Origin: Leptospiraceae bacterium
GTDB taxonomy: Bacteria > Spirochaetota > Leptospiria > Leptospirales > Leptonemataceae
DNA: 64,000 nucleotides
NCBI GenBank assembly: GCA_040217195.1
Contig: JAVJNR010000008.1
Span: forward strand, 540,198-604,197
Direction: 5' to 3'
Positions 11,381 to 19,730 of this stretch are shown in pieces (position 1 is the stretch's first letter; the number at the start of each line of letters is the position of its first letter). A program made the translations under genes and the position numbers. The notes beneath the pieces are model-generated. The model saw only the letters and a program-made list of their open reading frames with translations. It made no database searches and was not told the DNA's origin.

Positions 11381-12022
11381 ATGATCGACAAGGCAACGAA
11401 TATGAATCCCGTTTCCCGCATTATTACTCTGGCCATCTCTTCTGTGGCACTTGTGTTCGTAGCACAGTGCAATTTCGCAGGGAATCAGTCCGGTATCCAT
11501 TTCTTTCTGGATATGCATGATTCTCCGGCAGTAGAATCCCAGGAAGAGGATCCCAGCACCCTGGATGAAGCTTACGAAGGTAACTACGAAAAAACCATGG
11601 GCTCGCTGGAATCCTGGGGCGGTCCGGGCTCCACGGCTCGTACAGCTCCAGAAGGCACTGTGCCCAGGAACAAAACACCGTATTTGATTCCGGCCGCAGA
11701 CTTTGATCAGGCTGCGAAAATGAATAACCCGCTGCGCCCTACCAAAGAGGTGCTTGAACTGGGTCAGAAGAAATACAATACGTATTGTGCCGTTTGCCAT
11801 GGCAACACCGGCATGGGCGATGGACCGGTAACTCCGCGATTCGCTGATATTCCTGCTCTGGTAGGAGACGAATCACTGGTACTGAACTGGGAAGACGGTA
11901 GAATCTTCCATATCATTACCGTTGGCCGAGCCCGTATGCGGCCTTATGCAGCTCAGACTACAGAAAAAGAGCGATGGGCCATCATTCATTATATAAATCT
12001 GCTTCAGAAGCAGGGACAGTAG
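11381..12022 (+). CDS. actE: Alternative Complex III subunit ActE, monohaem cytochrome c lipoprotein
   Basis: Signal/lipobox (LVFVAQC), a single CAVCH motif and a GMGDG loop. 12-nt gap after actD. Confidence 0.85.
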   Translation: MIDKATNMNPVSRIITLAISSVALVFVAQCNFAGNQSGIHFFLDMHDSPAVESQEEDPSTLDEAYEGNYEKTMGSLESWGGPGSTARTAPEGTVPRNKTPYLIPAADFDQAAKMNNPLRPTKEVLELGQKKYNTYCAVCHGNTGMGDGPVTPRFADIPALVGDESLVLNWEDGRIFHIITVGRARMRPYAAQTTEKERWAIIHYINLLQKQGQ

Positions 12023-12040
12023 AAACAGGAACGATTATCT

Positions 12041-13282
12041 ATGGCAGCAAATCTGGAACAGGACAAACTGAAGTTTGAATTCCCTCCCCGGCTGAAGCAA
12101 ATCAGTCTGGCTTTGATAGCGCTGGGACTGATTCTCACAGTGGCGCAGATTTTCGTACCCTGGCACGGTCATGGAGAGCATGTGCCGGGACACAACCCCA
12201 GACTATTTCTTTCTATCCTCCTGGCTGTTCTGGTATTCTTACCTGTGGCTGTGGGCGGTATCTATTTCACGGCCCTGCATCATGCATCCGGCGCGGCCTG
12301 GAGTGTATCTGTACGGCGAATCGCAGAATCCTATTTCTGGTTTTTGCCTGTAATTCTTCTGGCTCTAGTCGCAGTATTCTTTGGACTCGGTGATGCGTAT
12401 CACCACTGGGTGGGAAAAGCTGCAGAAGACGAACTGATTCAATGGAAAGCTCCGTATCTGGATCAGACTTTCTTCATTGTAAGAAATCTTATTATCATCG
12501 GAATCTGGATTTTCTTTGGCCTTCTATTCTGGAAGAAATCCACAGCCCAGGACAATGATGGAAAGGTATCTCATACCAAATCCATGATCAAATGGTCCGC
12601 AGGATTTCTAGTTCTTTTTGGTCTTACATTCTCCGTTAGCTCCTGGGATCTTTCCATGAGTCTGGAGCCTCACTGGTTTTCTACAATGTGGGCCGTCTAC
12701 ATTTTCGCAGGTCTTGCTCTAACAACATTCGCATCCCTGATTCTCTGGGTGAACTATCTGAAAGGCCGGGGACTACTGGGCGATGCAGTGAATGAAAATC
12801 ATATTCACGATCTGGGAAAATATCTATGGGGCCATACGATCTTCTGGGCCTACATTGGAATCTGTCAGTATCTTCTGATCTGGTACGCACATATTCCAGA
12901 AGAGACCTACTTTTACAACAATCGACTGTTCACAGATGAAATGGGCTTCAACTCCTGGAGCTGGGTAAGCCTGGGACTTCTGGTTCTTCGATTCTTTATT
13001 CCTTTTTTCGCACTGCTAAAACGTGAGAACAAACGTAATATTAAGTTTCTGTCTGTCATCGCCTGGATTGTAATTCTGGGACAGATCGTAGATATGTACT
13101 GGGTGGCCTACCCAACCCTGGAACATGATGCTTCATTTGTCATGTTTTCCTGGCAAGAACTGGGCCCCCTTCTGGCGCTGGGTGGAGCTTTCATATTCGT
13201 TGTGGGCTCTGCTCTAACAAGAGCTAACCTGGTGCCTGTAAAGGATCCCAAGCTGGAAGAATGTCTGCACATGCACCAATAG
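12041..13282 (+). CDS. actF: Alternative Complex III subunit ActF (second polytopic membrane subunit)
   Basis: 413-aa multi-TM protein, 18 nt after actE, in the canonical ActF position. Confidence 0.8.
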   Translation: MAANLEQDKLKFEFPPRLKQISLALIALGLILTVAQIFVPWHGHGEHVPGHNPRLFLSILLAVLVFLPVAVGGIYFTALHHASGAAWSVSVRRIAESYFWFLPVILLALVAVFFGLGDAYHHWVGKAAEDELIQWKAPYLDQTFFIVRNLIIIGIWIFFGLLFWKKSTAQDNDGKVSHTKSMIKWSAGFLVLFGLTFSVSSWDLSMSLEPHWFSTMWAVYIFAGLALTTFASLILWVNYLKGRGLLGDAVNENHIHDLGKYLWGHTIFWAYIGICQYLLIWYAHIPEETYFYNNRLFTDEMGFNSWSWVSLGLLVLRFFIPFFALLKRENKRNIKFLSVIAWIVILGQIVDMYWVAYPTLEHDASFVMFSWQELGPLLALGGAFIFVVGSALTRANLVPVKDPKLEECLHMHQ

Positions 13283-13308
13283 GAATGTTTAGAGGGAAAG
13301 CGAAAGAG

Positions 13309-13878
13309 ATGCAATCCAACAAGTATATCATATCTGGAATCCTGATTCTGGCAGCAGCGGCCTGCGGAAAGGAGCCTGCGCCCATCTACAAGGCAACTGC
13401 AGACAGCCTGTACAATGGATCTGTCTACTACGCAAGTTCCGAGTACAACTGCAAGAGTTGCCATGGCATCGCCTGGGATGGCAATGGCCCGGAAGCAAAA
13501 GGCCTGAAAGAACAGGGAATTGAAGTACCTTCTTTTACAGATGCCACCTCCCCGGAAGTAACTCCCGTGGATTATTTCAAGGCCATGACCGTAGGAACTG
13601 AAAAGACCACTGATCTTCCTTCAGGCCATGCGTATCAATCCCATACAGACCGGGGACGTTGGGCCATGGCTCATTACCTGTATTCTCTGGCTCCTCCGGT
13701 TTCTTCCAAAGACAAGGCCAAACGCGAAGAAGCCATCCATGCAGCCATGGAAGAGGTTAAGCAAGCCTATGCCAGCAGTCGTCGCTGGAATATGGGTTTC
13801 ACTCCGCTAAAGGAAAGACCTCAACCTCCCAAACTTGAAGAGATGAGTGGATTCAATCCTGCACCGGCAGAAGAGTAA
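13309..13878 (+). CDS. monohaem c-type cytochrome lipoprotein (candidate electron carrier between ACIII and the downstream module)
   Basis: ATG 13309 gives MQSNKYIISGILILAAAACGK (lipobox). One CKSCH motif. 26 nt after actF. Confidence 0.7.
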   Translation: MQSNKYIISGILILAAAACGKEPAPIYKATADSLYNGSVYYASSEYNCKSCHGIAWDGNGPEAKGLKEQGIEVPSFTDATSPEVTPVDYFKAMTVGTEKTTDLPSGHAYQSHTDRGRWAMAHYLYSLAPPVSSKDKAKREEAIHAAMEEVKQAYASSRRWNMGFTPLKERPQPPKLEEMSGFNPAPAEE

Positions 13879-13902
13879 GGCAAACAGGAATCGATCATAA
13901 CT

Positions 13903-15387
13903 ATGAAACTACTGAGTAACGACTACAATCGAACAACAGGGCTTTATCTGATCATCTCCACTCTATGGCTCCTTCTGGGCGTTGCCATCCGCGTGGTGAA
14001 CGAGATTCAGATGATCACCTTCATGCCCGGACCGGATTCCTATTTTTCCTACGGATATCTTCGTCCGGTGGGTTCCAATCTGCTGATCTTTGGCGGATTG
14101 CTGGGCTACTTTTTCGCCCTTGGATATCAAATCATTCATGCTAGAGCAGGCTTTCGCATTGACCTGGCAGGTCTTGCAGCCCTGGGAGCTCATCAAACGG
14201 CCCTTCTATTTGGAATAATTACCATCTTTGCTGGCTACAATTCCGGTCGAGAATATGGTGAGCTGAACTGGATCGCCGACAACCTGATGATGGTTGTATT
14301 CACTGTATTTCTGGTCCTACTACTAATTGCACTATGGGGCAAAGAAGATCTAAAGGCCTATGAAAAGCTTACGGCTGCTACCATAGGCGGGATGATGGTT
14401 TTCTATTTCCTGGGTAACTTTGGCATGCCCAATGGTCTTCTGGTGACCACGGCCCCAACATCCGGAGCCCAGGATGCTCTGGTTGCTGAAATGTATCGGA
14501 ACGCAGTGCTTACGTTCTTCATTCTGTTCCCTCTGTTTACTATGGGATACTACTGGCTGGAAAAGCATTATGAACTTCCGGTATTCAGTGAGGCCACGGT
14601 ACATTTTCAGATCCTGGCCGGAGCTGTGATGGTGCCTGTGGCCGCCGGTGGCACTTTACTGGGCACAGCCGATGCCAAAATTCTGCAGTATGTGGGCACT
14701 GGTGCAGCCCTGGCTCTGACCATGTCTTTGCTTGCGGGAGTAGCCAATATTCATTATTCTCTGTCTCGAAGCGGTAAGATCATTGAGTCCGACCAGGATG
14801 GAAAAGCTCTTCGCTGGGGTCTGATTCTGGTGGGTGTTTACCTTGCGGTCCGATTTGTGCTACAGATTCCTCTGATTGGATCTGACTTTCGCTACATGGC
14901 CTGGAATAACCAGGACCTGTATTCTCTGGCCGCCACGGCAGTACTACCTCTGGCCCTGGCATCAGCCTATTTGCTGCTGGGCTACTGGAAACAAGCTTCC
15001 ACTCCTTCGAAGCTAAAGTCCTTCGGTAATTTCTTTCTCTATACTGGTATCATAACCTTTCTGGGTGCAGCGCTGACCCAGGGTTGGATTCAGGCCCTGA
15101 ATGCTTCTTCGCTGGCCGGAGAAGGCGCAGAAAAAGCTCTGGAAAATCCAGCCTGGGCACAGGTTCTCTTCGCAGGTAGCCTGGAATCAGAAGTAGGAAA
15201 GGATGCACTATTCAGTTATCTGTATTCTGTATATGGATTTGTATTAATCGGGCTAATCATGACTTTTATCGGTGCTCTGGCCGGCGTTTTGGCCGTGCTG
15301 GCAGGTTTGTCCGGAAAAGCGGCGGCTTATAGTCGCCCGAGCATGGTGAGTGAGGCCCCGGTGGCCCAGTCTGCCCAATCGCATTGA
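13903..15387 (+). CDS. CcoN-like (cbb3 oxidase subunit I family) polytopic membrane protein lacking the canonical haem/CuB histidine ligands
   Basis: 494-aa multi-TM ORF. CcoN landmarks are retained (LRPVGSNLLIF, REYGELNWIAD, EMYRNAVLTFF, GYYWLEKHYELPVFS..VHFQ). Only six His in total, with no HH pair and no HxH. Sits directly upstream of ccoO. Confidence 0.7.
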   Translation: MKLLSNDYNRTTGLYLIISTLWLLLGVAIRVVNEIQMITFMPGPDSYFSYGYLRPVGSNLLIFGGLLGYFFALGYQIIHARAGFRIDLAGLAALGAHQTALLFGIITIFAGYNSGREYGELNWIADNLMMVVFTVFLVLLLIALWGKEDLKAYEKLTAATIGGMMVFYFLGNFGMPNGLLVTTAPTSGAQDALVAEMYRNAVLTFFILFPLFTMGYYWLEKHYELPVFSEATVHFQILAGAVMVPVAAGGTLLGTADAKILQYVGTGAALALTMSLLAGVANIHYSLSRSGKIIESDQDGKALRWGLILVGVYLAVRFVLQIPLIGSDFRYMAWNNQDLYSLAATAVLPLALASAYLLLGYWKQASTPSKLKSFGNFFLYTGIITFLGAALTQGWIQALNASSLAGEGAEKALENPAWAQVLFAGSLESEVGKDALFSYLYSVYGFVLIGLIMTFIGALAGVLAVLAGLSGKAAAYSRPSMVSEAPVAQSAQSH

Positions 15388-15406
15388 GACCAAGGAAACG
15401 AACGAT

Positions 15407-16075
15407 ATGAATTCTCCGTTCAAAACAGTATCTTCTACCGTTGTTACCACCGTGGTGGCCGGGCTTGTTGCTTTCGCAGCCAGTATCGTGCTACCATTTG
15501 GAGCTCCCGATTTGCATGGAAAGCACCAGTATACGCAAGCTCCTGAAGACATTCTGGTTCTAAAAGGTCAGGAAGTCTACTATCAGGAAGGATGCCAGTA
15601 CTGCCATAGCCAGGGAATTCGAGCCCAGGCCTGGGAGGTTCTGCGCTTTAGCGATACAGAAAAGCTGGGGTACTATCCAGCTCCCCAGAAGCAGGCAAAT
15701 CTGTTTTTTACTCCTTCCGTGCAGGGCTCCACTCGCATTGGTCCTGATCTTTCGCACATTGGACTGAAGATGGATAAATCGGCGCTCAGGGCTCTGCTCC
15801 AGAGTGATCCGTATCAGAATCCCAGGAATCCTCAGTTTGATATGCGAACGGGAAATCATAACTACACGTATCTCTTCTCCCAGGATGAGCTGGATGCCCT
15901 GGCCCTGTCCTGGAAAGTGCGCTGGATGATGAACTTCGGCCTTCCGCTGAATGATCCCTATCAGCGCTCTGCATTCTCCAGACTGGAGGATCAGACTCGA
16001 GGAGATGCTCTGGTGGAATATCTGAACTTCCTGGGAAGCCGACAGGCTGCTTACGATGGAGAGTTCTACCAATAA
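15407..16075 (+). CDS. ccoO: cbb3-type oxidase subunit II (CcoO/FixO), monohaem cytochrome c
   Basis: ATG 15407 with AAGGAAA upstream. N-terminal TM helix. GQEVYYQEGCQYCHSQGIR and GPDLSHIGLK match CcoO signatures. Confidence 0.8.
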   Translation: MNSPFKTVSSTVVTTVVAGLVAFAASIVLPFGAPDLHGKHQYTQAPEDILVLKGQEVYYQEGCQYCHSQGIRAQAWEVLRFSDTEKLGYYPAPQKQANLFFTPSVQGSTRIGPDLSHIGLKMDKSALRALLQSDPYQNPRNPQFDMRTGNHNYTYLFSQDELDALALSWKVRWMMNFGLPLNDPYQRSAFSRLEDQTRGDALVEYLNFLGSRQAAYDGEFYQ

Positions 16076-16129
16076 GATCTCAGTATTGAGGCTTATCAGT
16101 TTTCGACTTAGAAGGATCTGGCAAGAATT

Positions 16130-16633
16130 ATGAGTGATAATAGCAATAACAAAGCCGTACCGGGATGGGTGAATTTCCTTTTCTGGGGAGCGCTGGTGGG
16201 TGGCGTGATGGTTGCCATCTTCTCCCAGGGCTTTCTGAATCAGCCGGATGCTGTGACAGTTCGTGACCAGCTGGGTCAGCGATATGTGGTTCCCAGCATT
16301 GATATTATTCCAGTTCGAGATGCAGCCGCCATTGAAGCTGGAAAAGAAACCTACGGCCGAGTTTGTGTGGCCTGTCATGGTCTCAATCTGGAAGGTGGCG
16401 TTGGCCCCAACCTCTCTGACAATGAATGGTGGCATCAGCCAGCAGCAGAGACCAATCTGGCGAAACTGGTCATGAACGGTGTTAGCGCCGGTGAGGCTCT
16501 GGGCCCCAATAAGGTTCCCATGCCTGCTCGTGGTGGCCAGGCTTTATCCAATGAAGAAGTGTGGCAGGTTATATACTATATATCTGACCAGAACGGCTCC
16601 ATTGAACAGGATGCTGTTCCAACGGCTCAGTAA
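16130..16633 (+). CDS. membrane-anchored monohaem cytochrome c (CcoP-like, single haem domain)
   Basis: N-terminal TM helix (VNFLFWGALVGGVMVAIF). One CVACHG motif with GGVGPNLSD. Last gene before the terminator. Confidence 0.65.
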   Translation: MSDNSNNKAVPGWVNFLFWGALVGGVMVAIFSQGFLNQPDAVTVRDQLGQRYVVPSIDIIPVRDAAAIEAGKETYGRVCVACHGLNLEGGVGPNLSDNEWWHQPAAETNLAKLVMNGVSAGEALGPNKVPMPARGGQALSNEEVWQVIYYISDQNGSIEQDAVPTAQ

Positions 16634-16713
16634 CTTAGTAGGCTCAGTCAAATCGCATAAGAAGATCAAAATAGTCGCCAGGCCATTCTCCTGGCAGCAA
16701 TGGGATCAAATTG

Positions 16714-16745
16714 AAAGCCGTGTTTTCTAGCACGGCTTTTTCTAT
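16714..16745. terminator. rho-independent terminator between the convergent respiratory operon and recJ
   Basis: Perfect 9-bp stem, AAAGCCGTG (16714-16722) with CACGGCTTT (16731-16739), an 8-nt loop, then TTTCTATTC. The A-run on the left flank would allow bidirectional function. Confidence 0.75.
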
Positions 16746-16833
16746 TCTAATGAGTTTCCAGTCCCAGCCTTTATGAGTTTCTACCTGTCCGGGCGGCGGC
16801 TCATGTCTACTTACCCTTCCCGCCAATCGAATT

Positions 16834-19068
16834 CTAGCCAGCATTCACTGCCGAAACAGTCTTTGCACCGGCTGTAGCGGCAGATTCTTCACTGTTCTTA
16901 AAAAGAGGACTGTCCAGGTCCTGAATCACAAACTGAAACTTAGAGCGCTTTTTGCCTCCCCGGAATACATCCGCCTCCAGGGTGCCCAGTATCCAGTCCA
17001 CAGGTATTTGAAGACCGGAAACGGTTCCTCTGGCTTCGGATTCCTGTCCTGACTGCAAAATCATCGTCTGAATAAGTCCACCTCGATTCCAGAGTACACC
17101 ACGTACGGTTCGATTACCCTGCAGCGTAATCTGAGCATGGAGCCCACCAGACATGAATTTAACCTCTGTTATCACTGTGTTTTGAATTCTGAATATTGGT
17201 TCTGGATTTCCCGGACCAAAGGGCTCCAGAAATTCCATTTGCTCATAGATCTGCTTGTTCAGTGCAGAAAGTGGCAGATCCACCACCAGACCTTCGCGCA
17301 CCGAATGCTCCTCTCCATTCCAACCGGTAGATTCCAACAGTGAATCCATATGAGTTAATAGAGCACCTTCAATAAATTCCAGAGCCTCCCGCTCCAGGGA
17401 GAAGCCCGCCGCTTCTGGATGGCCTCCATATTGGAGTAAATGATCGGACACTCCTTCCAGAATAGAAAGTGCACTCAAACCACCAAAGCTTCGCACGGAT
17501 CCTCGAACTCTTTCTCCATCGGGATTCATATAGACCACTGGCCTGCGATAGCGTTCCATGAGTCGACTGGCTAGAATGCCGGACACTCCGGGCTCCAGCC
17601 GATCATCATAACAGACGATTAGGGGAGCTGTGGTTTTTTCCGGATCCTTTTCCAGAAGTTCTTCTAGTATGGATTGATTCCTTCGCGTACGATCCTTGCG
17701 CTTTTCATTCAGTCTTACAAGTTTGCGAGCCAGGGCACTGGCATCTTCCGGACTGGAGCTACAGAGTAAATCCAGGGCAAGCTCCGTTTCACCCATTCGG
17801 CCTGCCGCATTCAGTACAGGACCAATCTTCCATCCGAAGTCTCGACCGGACCAGTCCGTTCGATCTATTCGCAAAGCTGAATAAAGGGAATCCAGCCCGG
17901 GCCGAAATTCCGGTTCAGGAATAACACTGCCCAATAGAGTATTCAATCGCATACCCAGGCGAGCCACTACTCGATTCTCTCCCAGGAGAGGTACCATATC
18001 TGTAACAAGACCGATGGCAGCCAGATCGGAGTGTTCTACCATGAATTCCAGAAGCCGAGGTCGTTGCATTACAGCGGATGCGAACAGATATTGCCCGGCT
18101 CGCAATCGACCTTCTTCGCTTTCCACCCATGGACTGCAATTCATGCGACTTTCATCCACCAGTTCCTCTTCCGTAATCCTTTGAATGTCTGGTTGAATGT
18201 TCATTATTCCGTTTAGGGCCAGCGGAGGCTGAATCTCTTTCTCCGCCATGAATTGGCCCATAGAGAGAAGGGATTGCTCCAGCTGTTGTTTGGCCAGGGA
18301 CTCATCAGCGGGCAGCGAAGCTGGCAACAAATCCCTTACTTCTGATGGAAGCACACTGGACGATGGATCTACCGAAGAATGCAAAAAGGCACCGGTCCGG
18401 TACAGATTATAACTTCCATCCTTGCTGGCCAGAATTTCCACTCGGTTCCACAGAGCAGTATGGGAAAGTGCATAGGCAATTAGCAGTTTATAAACCAATC
18501 CCACAGTGGCGATCTTTCCTCTATGTTCCAGACTTTCGCAGTAAGGTAATAACCTTGGGTTGATAAAGGCGCAGTAGGGAATACCCTGAGGATCGGAGAT
18601 AACATGGTGATCCAGAACGATAACCCTTTTACCCGCATCCAGAACTTGCTGTATCTCGCTTAAGTGAGCGCTTCCCATATCCATGAGAATGACCAGGGGC
18701 GCTCTGGATGCGATAATCCTGTCCAGAAAGCTACCTGCAAGGCCGTAATCATCCCCTTCGCTGGAGACCAGGGTATCGACCAGGGCCACTTCCGGACCGG
18801 TTCTTTGATCCAGAAATCGGTGTAGCAATGCCGTTGAGGTAACTCCATCCACGTCCCGGTCTCCTACAAGTAAGATGGGAGACTGCTTTTGAATGGCATC
18901 ATCCAGGTATTGAACGGCCAGAGCCATTCCAGGAAGGGATAAGGGACTGTGCATCACCGGATACTCTACAAAAAAGTCCGGATCGTTCAGATGCTCATAG
19001 GCAGAGTTGGCTTTTAGAGACTCCACCAGGTTTTTTCCGTCGGTTGAAATGCTATCCATCGGTTCCAC
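16834..19068 (-). CDS. recJ: single-stranded-DNA-specific exonuclease RecJ (DHH/DHHA1 family)
   Basis: DHH motifs GDRDVDGVTS, ILMDMGS, VLDHHV and DLAAIGLVTDMVPLLGENR, plus DHHA1 YGGHPEAAGFS. Start is GTG 19068 or ATG 19059. Confidence 0.85.
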   Translation of the reverse strand: MEPMDSISTDGKNLVESLKANSAYEHLNDPDFFVEYPVMHSPLSLPGMALAVQYLDDAIQKQSPILLVGDRDVDGVTSTALLHRFLDQRTGPEVALVDTLVSSEGDDYGLAGSFLDRIIASRAPLVILMDMGSAHLSEIQQVLDAGKRVIVLDHHVISDPQGIPYCAFINPRLLPYCESLEHRGKIATVGLVYKLLIAYALSHTALWNRVEILASKDGSYNLYRTGAFLHSSVDPSSSVLPSEVRDLLPASLPADESLAKQQLEQSLLSMGQFMAEKEIQPPLALNGIMNIQPDIQRITEEELVDESRMNCSPWVESEEGRLRAGQYLFASAVMQRPRLLEFMVEHSDLAAIGLVTDMVPLLGENRVVARLGMRLNTLLGSVIPEPEFRPGLDSLYSALRIDRTDWSGRDFGWKIGPVLNAAGRMGETELALDLLCSSSPEDASALARKLVRLNEKRKDRTRRNQSILEELLEKDPEKTTAPLIVCYDDRLEPGVSGILASRLMERYRRPVVYMNPDGERVRGSVRSFGGLSALSILEGVSDHLLQYGGHPEAAGFSLEREALEFIEGALLTHMDSLLESTGWNGEEHSVREGLVVDLPLSALNKQIYEQMEFLEPFGPGNPEPIFRIQNTVITEVKFMSGGLHAQITLQGNRTVRGVLWNRGGLIQTMILQSGQESEARGTVSGLQIPVDWILGTLEADVFRGGKKRSKFQFVIQDLDSPLFKNSEESAATAGAKTVSAVNAG

Positions 19069-19234
19069 GATTATATGTTATTATGTCCATGTGACAAGCG
19101 AGAAAAGCCGCAGAATTCAGGCAGGCGGACCAGGCGTCAGGCAGCAGACATTGCCAGGTCATTACCAATTCCAGAAACAGGAGGACCTATTCTGCCTGGC
19201 CTGTTTGTGCCCGGAAGACGGTAATAGCCGTAGA

Positions 19235-19693
19235 TCAGTAGGGCCCGGATGAGGATTTTAATTCCTCTGGATCCGCCAGCCGGGGTCTCTGGCCTGTGGA
19301 CGCTTCCAGAGGATCCAGGTATCTGGGGGTTTCGGACAAATGCCTGCCAGCCAGAGGAAATCGCTCGGACAGATCCCCTCCTTCTCGAAAGAACAATCTC
19401 TCAAGTGAAATCAAGAATCCATACCAGCCATGTTTGCGAATGGCCTTATGAGCGTAGGCGGAGCAGGAAGGATACATAGGGCATCGGGGGCCGTCCAGGT
19501 GGGTACCGGTGGTTCGATGATACTCAACCAGCGCATCCACAAGTCCCAGCCCGGGGGCCACATCTTCTTTTTCTGAAGCAGCGGTGCAGTGAATTACAGA
19601 AGAAATAGCCAGCGCTGCCAGAAAGAAAAACCTGAGCCCACCGGATCTTTCTGTGGATCTACTCCTTTTACTATGCTGGATATTACTATTCAT
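19235..19693 (-). CDS. YidD-like membrane protein insertion efficiency factor homologue with signal peptide and C-terminal extension
   Basis: Core CPMYPSCSAYAHKAIRKHGWYGFLISLERL matches the YidD/DUF37 signature (C.f.PSCS.Y...A....G). ATG 19693 gives MNSNIQ... followed by a hydrophobic signal (FFFLAALAISSVIHC). Confidence 0.6.
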   Translation of the reverse strand: MNSNIQHSKRSRSTERSGGLRFFFLAALAISSVIHCTAASEKEDVAPGLGLVDALVEYHRTTGTHLDGPRCPMYPSCSAYAHKAIRKHGWYGFLISLERLFFREGGDLSERFPLAGRHLSETPRYLDPLEASTGQRPRLADPEELKSSSGPY

Positions 19694-19730
19694 TTCCTTA
19701 TTTTTTCCGGTTGAAAAAAGGACCGCAACT

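Noticed and set aside
15560-16435. 291-aa minus-strand ORF spanning ccoO, the ccoO/ccoP spacer and ccoP.
   Set aside because: It is antisense to two genes with clear cytochrome c signatures. It has no recognisable motifs and a Ser/Ile/His-rich junk-like composition. It is typical of a shadow ORF.
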